From Salpingoeca rosetta (taxonomy: Eukaryota; Protista; Choanoflagellata), in NCBI GenBank assembly GCA_033442325.1, contig JAWQFM010000005.1, forward strand, positions 1,737,665-1,801,664: a stretch of DNA of 64,000 nucleotides, given 5' to 3'. Below, in pieces: positions 26,004-46,410 of this stretch (its first letter is position 1; each line of letters begins with the position of its first letter). The position numbers and the translations under genes were made by a program. Under the pieces are notes generated by a model. It worked only from the letters and a program-made list of their open reading frames with translations. It was not told where the DNA came from and searched no databases.

Positions 26004-26494
26004 CGTGGGTTGTCCTTCTTCCCACCAGCAGTTGTGACAATTATGTAAGATTTCCGTTAATTTTCTCCCTGCCAACCCAAACACCAACGCTGACGAACGA
26101 AAAGAAGGTGTGTTGTTGACGGTCCTCTGCTTCTTGCAGCACCCACGAGACGTGCTGTTGTTGTTGTTGTTGTTGTGGGTGGTGGTGACGGTGTGCTGAG
26201 GTGCGTTGGGAAGGCCGGCTGGATAAGGGGTGGATTGATTGACAGCCTCACATCATGTACTTTCATTCCTCACTCACATCGATCTCTTCTCCGTGTCGTC
26301 TCTGCCTTCTCCTGCGTTCGTTCTTGCTTGCTCAGGACCGCCTTGAGCCAGCTGGTCTATTGTCGTTGTTGGCGTGTCAAGTGAGCGTTCCGTCCCATTC
26401 CGCGACGAGCCGAGTCATACACCAAAGGCAACAGGCACACGCACGCACACACATCGTCGTCTTTTGACGCTTTGCGACCAAAGAGCAAGCAACC

Positions 26495-32147
<5,653 letters not shown>

Positions 32148-32200
32148 ACCCACTTCCTCTGTCTGACGGGTGTTTTGACTGCCATGGGCATTGTGTGTGC

Positions 32201-32234
<34 letters not shown>

Positions 32235-32926
32235 ATTTGAGACAGCGTCCTGACTTCATCAGCCGTCGCTCCTTATGACTTCGTTCTCTTGACGTGTGTT
32301 TTGTGGGTGGTTCGCCTGTGCTTCTTGGTTGGCATGTTTTGCTGGTGTTCCTCATCTTTGACCCGCCAGCAGCGCATTTTGCTGTTGCGGATGATCCCTC
32401 TTCCTATGGTGTGGGTCTGCAAGTGTGGCAGCCATGCTCTGTGGTGTGCTGTGTGCGTGCGTGTGTGTTTTTCATTTTGTCATCTTCGCTGTGCGCACGC
32501 GTTGCCGTCATGATGTCATCGCTGTCTGTGAGGAGTTGTTTCTCCTTCTTCCAAAACGGCAGCAAGCGCAAATTGCATTCAACAACAGTCCCTTGAAATG
32601 ATGACATGCGCAAACCGTCGTCCTGTCGTCAGTGGTTGTTGGTTGATTGGCGCTTGAGTGGTTCCGCAACCTCGTGCCCTCGCTCGCTGGTTCGGCAACA
32701 CCCGGTGACTGCTGGCTCGAGGGGTGCCTCTGGATCGGCAATGAGTGTGCCCAGTACGACATCACAAGCGAGCCATCCCGGCGGCTGGAAGCGTTCTTTG
32801 ACCATGGCAGCTCTTCAACGCCAAGCTTGCGGAAACCACGCGTTGCGTTTTCACCGCGGCATCCTCAGCAACACCGATTGAGACGTCGAGATCCGCTGAC
32901 AGGAGGCCGCAGCGAGTCACAGGGTC

Positions 32927-37832
<4,906 letters not shown>

Positions 37833-38306
37833 CACTCACGAACGAGTTGATTGGGAGGATGAGTTGCCCGCTTCAAGACTCAAAGGCCCAAATTCCGTGA
37901 AACAGGCGCGTTTGAATTGCGATCACTTTTGGCCTTGCGCGAGCCGTTTTAAGTCGTGAGCGTGCAAGGCAATGCAAGTCAAGCCTTTCCCTTGCTGACT
38001 TTTCTGGGAAGTGATCAGCCTCTTATCATCTGATGACGATGTGAAGTGACAAAGACAGATGAGCTGCACCTTGCACTGCATTGCGCATAGCCAAGAGCGG
38101 CGAGATTGCAGCTTGCCCATCACGCCCATAGAGTTTGCTCGTTTGCTCGTTTGCTTGTTTGGTGTGCGCGTTCATTTTCAACCAAGCACCAGCAATTCCA
38201 CCATCCCAGCTAACTGGCCAAGTCATCGACGAACGCACATCATTACAAGATACACACCGCAACCTCAGCCAGCACAGCGTTGCGCCACTGGGCATCACAG
38301 TGCATC

Positions 38307-39587
38307 ATGCCGCAGACGTACGAGTTTGACACTGAGCCATATCTGATTGACGAGGAACGTCAGCGTCAGCTGAAAGAACTGCAGCTGGAGCGCGAGCGGC
38401 GCAGGAAGCGGCGCCGTTGTGGCCTCTTCTTCTGCGTTGGCATCATCGCCGTTGCGGCAATCTGTGCGGTGCCCATCATCTACGTTTCACGCCCGCCAGC
38501 GAAGGAAAACGACAACGACGCGTCTCAAGATAGCACGTCCAATACGGACACGGAAGCAGCTATTCAGACAGAGGCCGGGTGCACGCAAACCTGCGAGGAG
38601 CACATACATGAGTGTGTGGGCATGGTAAGTGAAAACAGCAGAGAAAAGATGGTCTTGCTCACTGTTGTGTGCTCCTCATTCATTTGTTCACTGATGCATG
38701 CATGTAGCCCATGCATTCATTCAGCTCTGCTCAGTTGCTTCTTGTTGCTCTTGTTGAGTGTAGACACGCCTTTAGGCCCTTTGCTCCTTTGTCACTCTTG
38801 ACACACGCACTCGCTCCCAGAGTCCACAGGCCTTTGTCTGCACCTCACTCTTCTCTACACCCACCTCACCTGATACCCTTGTTCCCTTTATGTGTGACAT
38901 CGCTTCCAGAGCGTTGGTGGTGTCTCCCTGGATGACTTTGTTTCATGCCTCACACGGGACGAACACCATACGACGGTCGCGCTGCTCTCACTGGGCGCGT
39001 GCATGTCAAGCTGCGAGGATGGCCCATGCGGCAGTGTCACCGGCCCTGTCGAAGAACTACACAAGCTACAGTGCTGGTACGAATCGATTCCTGGCTTGGT
39101 TGCTCTGGTTGCATTGGACTCGAAATGCCATGTGTCTTCTGCTATGAGAGTGAACACTTCTCGATCAGTCAGGAGGATAGTTTGCCTACACTGCTTTGCT
39201 CCGGTTAATCACATGTCGCTCACAATAATGCTGCGCGATGGTGCTTGCACACACTTGCAGGGAGCGCTGTGCGTTTGCAGCCGCGGACGTGAACTGTGAT
39301 CTCACAAACGCAACGAAGGCGACTGGGTCCGCAATGTCTTCAACATCCACTGCACACGATGGAAAGGGTGCGGCATCCACGACAACGTTCAGCAGCACAA
39401 GCAGCTCCAGTACCTTCACAAGCACAAGCACCAGTACCACAAGCACGCCCACTGCGACAGCAACGCCAACAAAGAAGGCGACGACCAGTGAAGCGGCTAC
39501 AACGTCAACCACGAGTGCAGCAACAATGGGTACAACAACCACAACAACAACAACAACAACAACTACAACAACAACAGCGAGTTCACC

Positions 39588-39633
<46 letters not shown>

Positions 39634-39701
39634 GCAAGTTCAACAACAACAACAACAACAACACGCACACACACACACACACACGAACACACACACACAC
39701 G

Positions 39702-39780
<79 letters not shown>

Positions 39781-39828
39781 CACGATCACATGAGGGAGCA
39801 GAGGCAAGACGACTGGTGCAGATGCTGA
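38307..39828 (+). CDS. Type II membrane Cys/EHH-domain mucin-like protein, tandem paralog of the 32927 gene lacking the NPSFE domains
   Basis: Exons 38307-38624, 38910-39076, 39261-39828. RRRKRRR precedes TM GLFFCVGIIAVAAICAVPIIYV. EHHTTVAL matches EHHSTAAL. Same intron phases as the paralog. Ser/Thr-rich stalk. The 3' end is uncertain. Confidence 0.7.
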
Positions 39829-41474
39829 GCGGCGTGGTGTGGCTTCTTGCTACTAGGAGCACTGGCGCGTCGTCGAGCAACACGCTGCAGGCGGGCAAAC
39901 GCTGTTTGTGTGGCATCGTCTGTGTCGCCGAGAACAGCAACGATCATGGCATGCGCAATCTTGAACGTGCGCGCCGCCGCCTTGAGATCGCCCTTGTGCT
40001 CGTACATGATGCCCATGTTCGTGTGCGCTTCAGCGGTGCGGAGGTCGTTGTCGCCAAGAGACGCGCGATAAGCCGTGATTGCGCGCCTGTAGCAGCTCTC
40101 GGCCTGGCTGAAGTCGCCCTTCCGTGTGTATGCGCCTGCCATGTTGTTGTAAGTGTCGGCCGTGTCCGGGTGTGCCGGGCCAAGCAGTTGCATCTTGATG
40201 TCAAGCTCGGCGTGGTGGTGCTCCAGCGCGGCTGCATAGTCGCCCTTATCGCTGTACGCGTTGGCCAGGTTGCCGAGGGTCGCTGCCGTGTGCAGGTGCC
40301 GATGCCCGACGTTGGCGATGGTGATCTTGAGGTCCTTGAGCAAGCACTGGATGGCCGCGTCGTGGTCGCCCGTGCTCTGGTAGGTGAGGCCGAGGTTGTT
40401 GTACGATGCGGCCGTGCTGGGGTGCGTCTCGCCAAGACTGCGGCGGCGGATGCTCAGGGCCTTATGATGGTGCTGTGTGGCGGCAACGCTGTCACCCGTG
40501 GTCTCCAGCAGGAGGGCGAGGTTGCTGTATGTGGTGGCGGTGCTCGGGTGCTGTTCGCCGAGCACGCTGCGCTTGATGTTGAGGGCCTGGTGGTAGTTGG
40601 TGATGGCCTGCTCAAAGTCGCCTTTCGTCATGAACACGGTGCCGAGGTTGTTGTACATGCACGCTGTGCCGGCGTGCCTTTCACCAAGCACCTTCCGCGT
40701 GATTGCGAGGGCGCTGGTGTAGTGTGCGATGGCGCGATCGTGCTCGCCAAGCGCATCCAGCACTGACCCCAGCTGATGCTGCAACTGTGCCAGCTCAAGC
40801 GTGTCCTTGCCACCAAGATCCTCCACGTTCTGCACGAGCGCCTGTCCATCCCCAAGGCACCATGCGCGCATATCGTCCTTGGCATCCTTCGAAATACACG
40901 CGAACAGTCTCGCGTTCTGTGTCGCGTCGAAGATGTCTTTTATGCACTTGAGCGTGTCCCTCGCGCCTTCGCTGCCTGTCGACGTGCCAAAAGTAATGTA
41001 AGGCTGGGGCATCGCACAGGTGGCTACCAATCCCGCTGTTGCTGCTGTTGCTGTTGCTGCGCGCGCGTGTTTGGTCGGATACCCTGCGGGGCTGGCGTAG
41101 CTGCCCTGGCTGCTTGGCGTGGTGTCATCATTAGCATCACGCGCGATGCCATGCAGGCCATCGTCTGCACTTGCTTCGCTGCCCTGAGCACTGCTGCCAG
41201 GGACGGTCCTGGCGTGGCTGGAAATGCCGGCTGCGATGCACTTGAGGTGCTGTGTATGCTTGTTGTGCGTGCTGGTGGAGTAGGCGGATGCCATGAGCAG
41301 GCTGCCTAGCTCTTCTGTCGCAAAGCACGGTGTTTCAAGGTCGGATGTGCTTGTTGCGCCCGCGAGTGCGTCCAGGCTCGACAGGTCCAAGGAGAAGGTC
41401 GAGGACAGGCGAGAGGCGGAAAGGCACGTAGCGTCCAGCACGCGGCTGTTGGCAGCCTGTGATTTGGCGGACAT
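39786..41474 (-). CDS. Intronless kinesin-light-chain-type (42-aa) TPR repeat protein with a C-terminal CAAX box
   Basis: About seven 42-aa repeats (e.g. TACMYNNLG, HPSTATTYSNLA, HPSTAASYNNLG, HPDTADTYNNMA). Ends SSCLCSLM*. First in-frame ATG at 41474; an alternative ATG lies near 41294. Confidence 0.88.
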   Translation of the reverse strand: MSAKSQAANSRVLDATCLSASRLSSTFSLDLSSLDALAGATSTSDLETPCFATEELGSLLMASAYSTSTHNKHTQHLKCIAAGISSHARTVPGSSAQGSEASADDGLHGIARDANDDTTPSSQGSYASPAGYPTKHARAATATAATAGLVATCAMPQPYITFGTSTGSEGARDTLKCIKDIFDATQNARLFACISKDAKDDMRAWCLGDGQALVQNVEDLGGKDTLELAQLQHQLGSVLDALGEHDRAIAHYTSALAITRKVLGERHAGTACMYNNLGTVFMTKGDFEQAITNYHQALNIKRSVLGEQHPSTATTYSNLALLLETTGDSVAATQHHHKALSIRRRSLGETHPSTAASYNNLGLTYQSTGDHDAAIQCLLKDLKITIANVGHRHLHTAATLGNLANAYSDKGDYAAALEHHHAELDIKMQLLGPAHPDTADTYNNMAGAYTRKGDFSQAESCYRRAITAYRASLGDNDLRTAEAHTNMGIMYEHKGDLKAAARTFKIAHAMIVAVLGDTDDATQTAFARLQRVARRRASAPSSKKPHHAAQHLHQSSCLCSLM

Positions 41475-42591
41475 GGCGGAGAGGGACAGGAAGCTAAGGC
41501 ACCCTTGCAAAACGGACGTGCTGTGTGATGTGGGCGGTCAATGGAACATTGTAGGGCTGTTGCGGTGTCTTGCTTTGGTGGTGAGCACTTGAATGAGTAG
41601 TGACGCTTGCGTTGAGTGGGGAAGGCGTTGGTCTGTTGGTCTGTCGTGGTTGTTGGGGGTGCTGTTATTGCTGTGTAAATGCACGCCTGTGTTGTATCGT
41701 TGCAGTTCTGCTACATACTGTGCAAGTGCTGGGCTTGGCAGGCCATTGCACTTTGCCACTTGGCGTGGGGACAAGGCACTGTTGCATGTCAGTTTGCTGG
41801 TGAGCCTGTTGGGCTTGCTAGCGATCACCCTCGCTCACAGGCTAATTCATGACGCAGGTGGCAAGTTTGATTCGTGCACCTTGCTGTGTGCTTCCGAGAA
41901 AGAGGAGAGAGTCAAAGTTCAACACAGTGGCAAGTGGCCCACTTTCATGGAAGCAGGTGCCCACTGTGTGTCATTGCGTGAAACAAGTGCGTACTGGCAC
42001 CACGTGCGGCTGACACGGGCTTCTCCTTCCTGACAGGGGGGGGGGGACGTAAGGACGTATGTGTGCGGGGTTTATGGGGTGACATGATAGATAGGGTGAC
42101 ATGCTCTGACACGGACAAACCGCACAAAGCGAAAATGCGTATGCAAGGAGGACTGTCAATCAGTGGTTTTTGACGATGTGAAATTAAATTGCGTGTGACA
42201 GTGAGAAGAAGAGCGAAAGAAGGGGAGTAGCAACCAAACGCAAAGAAGCGCAGGCACCCCCCAAACAAGCGAACATGATTTGATGCTGTGCGGGCCGAAT
42301 GGCAGGGCACTGCTCAGGCACGGCTAGGGCACAAGAGAGCCCAAAAGCCCGAACGATTATTTCCACTGCTCGTACAACTTGTACGTAGTTCTGTAGTTCA
42401 ACTGTTCAAGAACACAAGTAGAACAAGACAACACAACTACGGAGAGCTTGTCTCCTTATCTCTCTGTCTCTCCCTCTCTCCCTCTCTCCCTCTCTCCCTC
42501 TCTCCCTCTCTCTCTCTGTGTGCAGTACACTGGCGACACAAGAGGCACAGTCGGTGCCCTCCTGTCGTTTGTTGAAACACACACACACACC

Positions 42592-42606
42592 AAAAAAAAA
42601 AAGAAA
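42592..42606 (-). terminator. RNA polymerase III terminator (oligo-T) of the tRNA-Ser gene
   Basis: TTTC followed by T11 on the minus strand, starting 3 nt after the discriminator base. Confidence 0.8.
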
Positions 42607-42608
42607 TG

Positions 42609-42690
42609 CGCACCCAACAGGATTCGAACCTGTGCGGGCAGAGCCCAAACGATTTCTAGTCGTTCGCCTTAACCACTCGGCCATGAGTGC
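42609..42690 (-). tRNA. tRNA-Ser (anticodon AGA)
   Basis: GCACTCA TG GCCGAGTGGTTAAGGC G AACGA CTAGAAA TCGTT TGGGCTCTGCCC GC ACAGG TTCGAAT CCTGT TGGGTGC G: 82 nt, complete cloverleaf, long variable arm, discriminator G, no intron. Confidence 0.97.
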
Positions 42691-42849
42691 AAGTAACAAC
42701 ATCAACTGTGTTGCTATTCTCGTGCAGAAATTGTCTTGTTCATCTCTACTCCACTCCTGCAGGCATACACATTGACAGCTTTCCACAAAACAATCCATCC
42801 TTCCTCACCACAAACCAAAACCACCACACACACCACACAGCACCACACC

Positions 42850-43797
42850 ATGTCGTCCACTTCGACCAATGGAAGCGCCTCCGCTGCAGGGACAACAACG
42901 GCAGCCGCCCGCCGCACCGTGAAGCAGCACCCAAACTCCCACCTCAACAACCCAAGCAGCCTGAACCTGCTGCAAATCCACGAAGCCAGCCACAGGCAGT
43001 TTGTGCGCCTTCTCCAGGCCCTCCAGAACACCCGCAAGGTGTGATGTGATACACACTTACACACAGGATACAGCCTGAGCGGAGTTGAGGAGTTGAGGGA
43101 GTTGAGGGAGTTGAGGGAGTTGATTGCTGCTTTGTTTGAGAGCGGCGTGGAGAGGGGGGGGTATGTTGCGCGAGCACTTTTGGCTTTGCACTCTGCGTGA
43201 ATCGTGCTGTGCTGTGTTGTGTTGTGCTGTGGTTTGGTGTGCTTGTCTGTGTCTCTGTGTATGTCTGTATCCAATGTGTCCATGTCATTCTACACACACA
43301 CACACACATTCTCTCTCTCTGTCTCTCTTCTTCTGCGCTGTGATTTGCTTTGTTTTGGTGTGTTACAACGTCCACAGGAAGCCCCTGCTGCGCTCATCTT
43401 CGATGACTTTACATATGAGCTCATTCTTCGCATAGTGCCAGAGTGCCGAGTGAGTGCAGTGTGTCTTGCTCGTCTGCACGCTTGCTCATCTGCACGTCCG
43501 CACATTTCCCCGTGCGCATGGTGGGCCTTGGTTTGGCTTTGTACAGAACACTCCGCCCTGCGCTGCGTGGACCCTGTGTACAAGGGCACGTGTGCGTGTG
43601 TGTGTGTGTGTGTGTTGCATCCTCATGTCGATGTTCACCTCGAGCTTCTGCTGCTCTGCCACCCACCGTCGCTGACGCCCCCCCCCGCCTTCTGTCATGC
43701 TCCTCGTCTTCCCCTTCCTCCCCCTCCTTTCTCAGCCGGTTCTGATTTGACAATTGCGAAGATTCCACAGCTGAGGATGAAGGGGCCACCTGAGTAG
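42850..43797 (+). pseudogene. Short spliced gene (~125 aa) resembling only the N-terminus of a Sec1/Vps33 family protein; possible truncated duplicate
   Basis: LNLLQIHEASHRQFVRLLQALQNTRK|EAPAALIFDDFTYELILRIVP resembles Vps33 domain 1 (from memory). Downstream candidate exons close the frame at 43795-43797. Confidence 0.3.
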
Positions 43798-44011
43798 CTT
43801 GCAGCAAATCATGATGCGTTCAGTGCGCTCATATGCTTCCGCTCTTCGCCGGGACTTTGCAATGAAGGCACCCAAACAGGCCTCAACAGCCTTCAGGGTG
43901 TGTTGCTTCTGTGCTTCCGTGCTTCTATGCTTCCATATGCCTGTGGAACATGGGTTGGGCGCCCAGTACCTGCCGCTTTGTGTGTGGATGTGCCTCGACC
44001 ACCTTGCGCTA

Positions 44012-44111
<100 letters not shown>

Positions 44112-44736
44112 TCACACACAGGCACGCATGCAATGTTTTGTTTGCTGAGCACTCTGTGCTGTTCCACTCTCATGCTGCCACCTAGGCGCTGCCTCGGAGC
44201 GGACAATACCATCTTCCCGGTTTTGTGCACCGCACCGCACAACGCCATGCCAAAGGGAAAAGCTAAAGGTTTCCCTGCGTCATCCTCCTTGTTTGTGGTG
44301 CATGCGTGCTGGGCCTCGCGATGGATGTGCGGGTGCCATTGTCTGGACTGCCTTACGGCCACGGGCCAGAACCTTGTGCGTGTGTGCGTGTGCGTGCGTG
44401 TGTGCGTGTGTATGTATGTGTGCGTGTGTGTGTGCGTGTGTGTGTGTGTGTGCCCGTGTAACCCTTCTTCTCCTCGATGCACAAGCGTAGCCCCTCCACT
44501 CTTCCTTGTTCTTTCGCGTTTCTTATTCGCTTCGTGCCTTCTCCAATCATTCCCTTGGGCAAACGCTCTTCTAAACGAATTTTGAACGAGGCGTGACGAT
44601 GGCTCACGATGATGAGATGTAATGGTCGCTTAAAGTAAACACACACACACACATACAAGCATCTGGGTTCAATTGTAGCCATGAAAGCATGAAGAAGCGA
44701 GATAAACGCGTATAAACACCCCAGCCCCTCGCACAA

Positions 44737-45615
44737 TCACACATTGTCGCAGTCGCAGTGTTCAAGCACCCACACGTGCGAGACGAACAGCGGCAACGAG
44801 ACAGTGGATGGTCTCCTCAGCTCGACGTCCGACACCTCCATGTACTCTTGGGCTTGCTCTTCCAAGTCTCGGGGAACCGTGTAGCAGAAGCTTCTGCTGC
44901 CTGCAGCATGTGCCCTCAAGTCATTGCTGCTGTAGTAGACCAAAGCGGCATCCTGCGCTGTCGAGAAAGACGAGGACGTGCTGGTTGACCTTGCTGCACA
45001 TGCTGTGATGTCTTGTATTGGTCGCACGCTGGTGGCGTCGCTGTTCTTCCTGCTCTTGGCATTCTTGTTGGTCGTGTTGGTCTTCTTGTTCTTCTGGTTG
45101 TGCGTGCTGCTCTTGCTGGTGTCGTGGCACTTGTTCTTGGTGAGGGAGAGGTTGGCTGGCAAAGTGTTGCGCACCCGCTCCCACACCGTGCGCAGGCTGG
45201 ACCATGCAGTTGCGGCCTTTCTCCTTCGTGGCAGGCTGCAAGACGGCACAGGATGCACAGCGTGGCTGGCGCAGTCACTCTTCTCAGCATCCAGAGAGTC
45301 GCCTGCGACACAGCTAGTGCGTGGAAGGGCGTGCATCGTGGCTGAAGCATCCGATGTGTCGTCTGGAGGGCTGTAAGCCGCATTGCCCACAGTGCCGTAC
45401 ACGGCCTGGAAGATGTCCTCGTCGGCCAAATCCTCGTCCACGTCGCTGTCGCTGTGAACAGCCGTGGAGATGGAGCTCATGCTATCTGTGCTTCGTGGCA
45501 GGATCGTCTTTGAACGCCAGGGCTTTGCGTGCTCCGCAGCAAGGTCGTGCACGCTGCACAGCGCGTCGGTGCTGGTGTGGGTCCAAACGGGCCAGAAGAT
45601 CGCATCTGCACACAT
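44737..45615 (-). CDS. Intronless hypothetical protein (~290 aa), largely disordered, with several Tyr motifs
   Basis: Long non-repetitive ORF with GC3-rich codon use like neighbouring genes. Has an acidic patch DSDVDEDLADED and a basic patch KNKKTNTTNKNAKSRK. No recognised domain. Confidence 0.55.
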   Translation of the reverse strand: MCADAIFWPVWTHTSTDALCSVHDLAAEHAKPWRSKTILPRSTDSMSSISTAVHSDSDVDEDLADEDIFQAVYGTVGNAAYSPPDDTSDASATMHALPRTSCVAGDSLDAEKSDCASHAVHPVPSCSLPRRRKAATAWSSLRTVWERVRNTLPANLSLTKNKCHDTSKSSTHNQKNKKTNTTNKNAKSRKNSDATSVRPIQDITACAARSTSTSSSFSTAQDAALVYYSSNDLRAHAAGSRSFCYTVPRDLEEQAQEYMEVSDVELRRPSTVSLPLFVSHVWVLEHCDCDNV

Positions 45616-45894
45616 GTTGCTGTTGTGTTCGCTGTGGTCGTTGTGGTCTTGCACTTGTGTTTGGGTGTCGATGTTCTTGCGTGGGGCTGTTGGGCTGATG
45701 CTTTCTCGGTGATGTTGGCGCGAGCGTGTTGTTGTTCAAACTCGTTGTGAAAATAAACTTGTCAATCGGGAAGATCAAGCGAATGAGCGAATGAGAGGGT
45801 GTGCATCATCTCGGATCTGTGGTTGTTAGTTAGTTGCAGTGCTTTCGCAAGATTGCAGGAGGATTCCGACGCGCTCTGCAAAGCAGTTGACATC

Positions 45895-45975
45895 TTCCTT
45901 CGTCCAAATTCAAGTCACGAGTAGTATTTCACGACGCATTGCAGTGTGTTCCTTCGTCCAAATTCAAGTCACGAG
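45895..45975. repeat. Perfect 27-bp direct repeat (2 copies, 27-bp spacer) in a divergent intergenic region
   Basis: TTCCTTCGTCCAAATTCAAGTCACGAG at 45895-45921 and 45949-45975. Confidence 0.9.
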
Positions 45976-46410
45976 CAGGCTTCCCGATTCCAAGAATCAC
46001 CACATCATACGTTTGCGTAGAACGAACCAAACAACGAAGACAGGGACCACTTCCGAGAATGTGCGTCATGACGGGAAAATTGGGTGATATCTTCAGCAAT
46101 TCAAATGAAAGTGACATACATCATAGTGTGACGATGATGTGCATTGCAAACGCTTTCGTGCACATTGCAAATTCCAGGAAGCCGGCGATTCGCCGAATCA
46201 CCACCGTTCGAGCCCCCCACCTCATCACACACACGCGTGCATGAAGTTGCCCTTCTCGCTCGCACCTCAAGAGCAAGCTGCCCACCATGCTTTGCCCGAG
46301 AAGAGAGTGTCAATGCGTTCATTTTTCTCAACTGCGTTTGGAACACCCCTCAAGATACAACTCAGAGCTGACGACCACCGTCTTCTCCCAAGTAGTGATC
46401 AACGACGACA

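Noticed and set aside
32647-32926. Non-repetitive ORF (ALEWFRNLVPSLAG..) upstream of the mucin-like gene
   Set aside because: No ATG start, no recognisable motif, and its continuation overlaps the real gene out of frame.
45895-45975. Minimal CRISPR repeat-spacer-repeat
   Set aside because: Only two copies, no cas genes, eukaryotic context.
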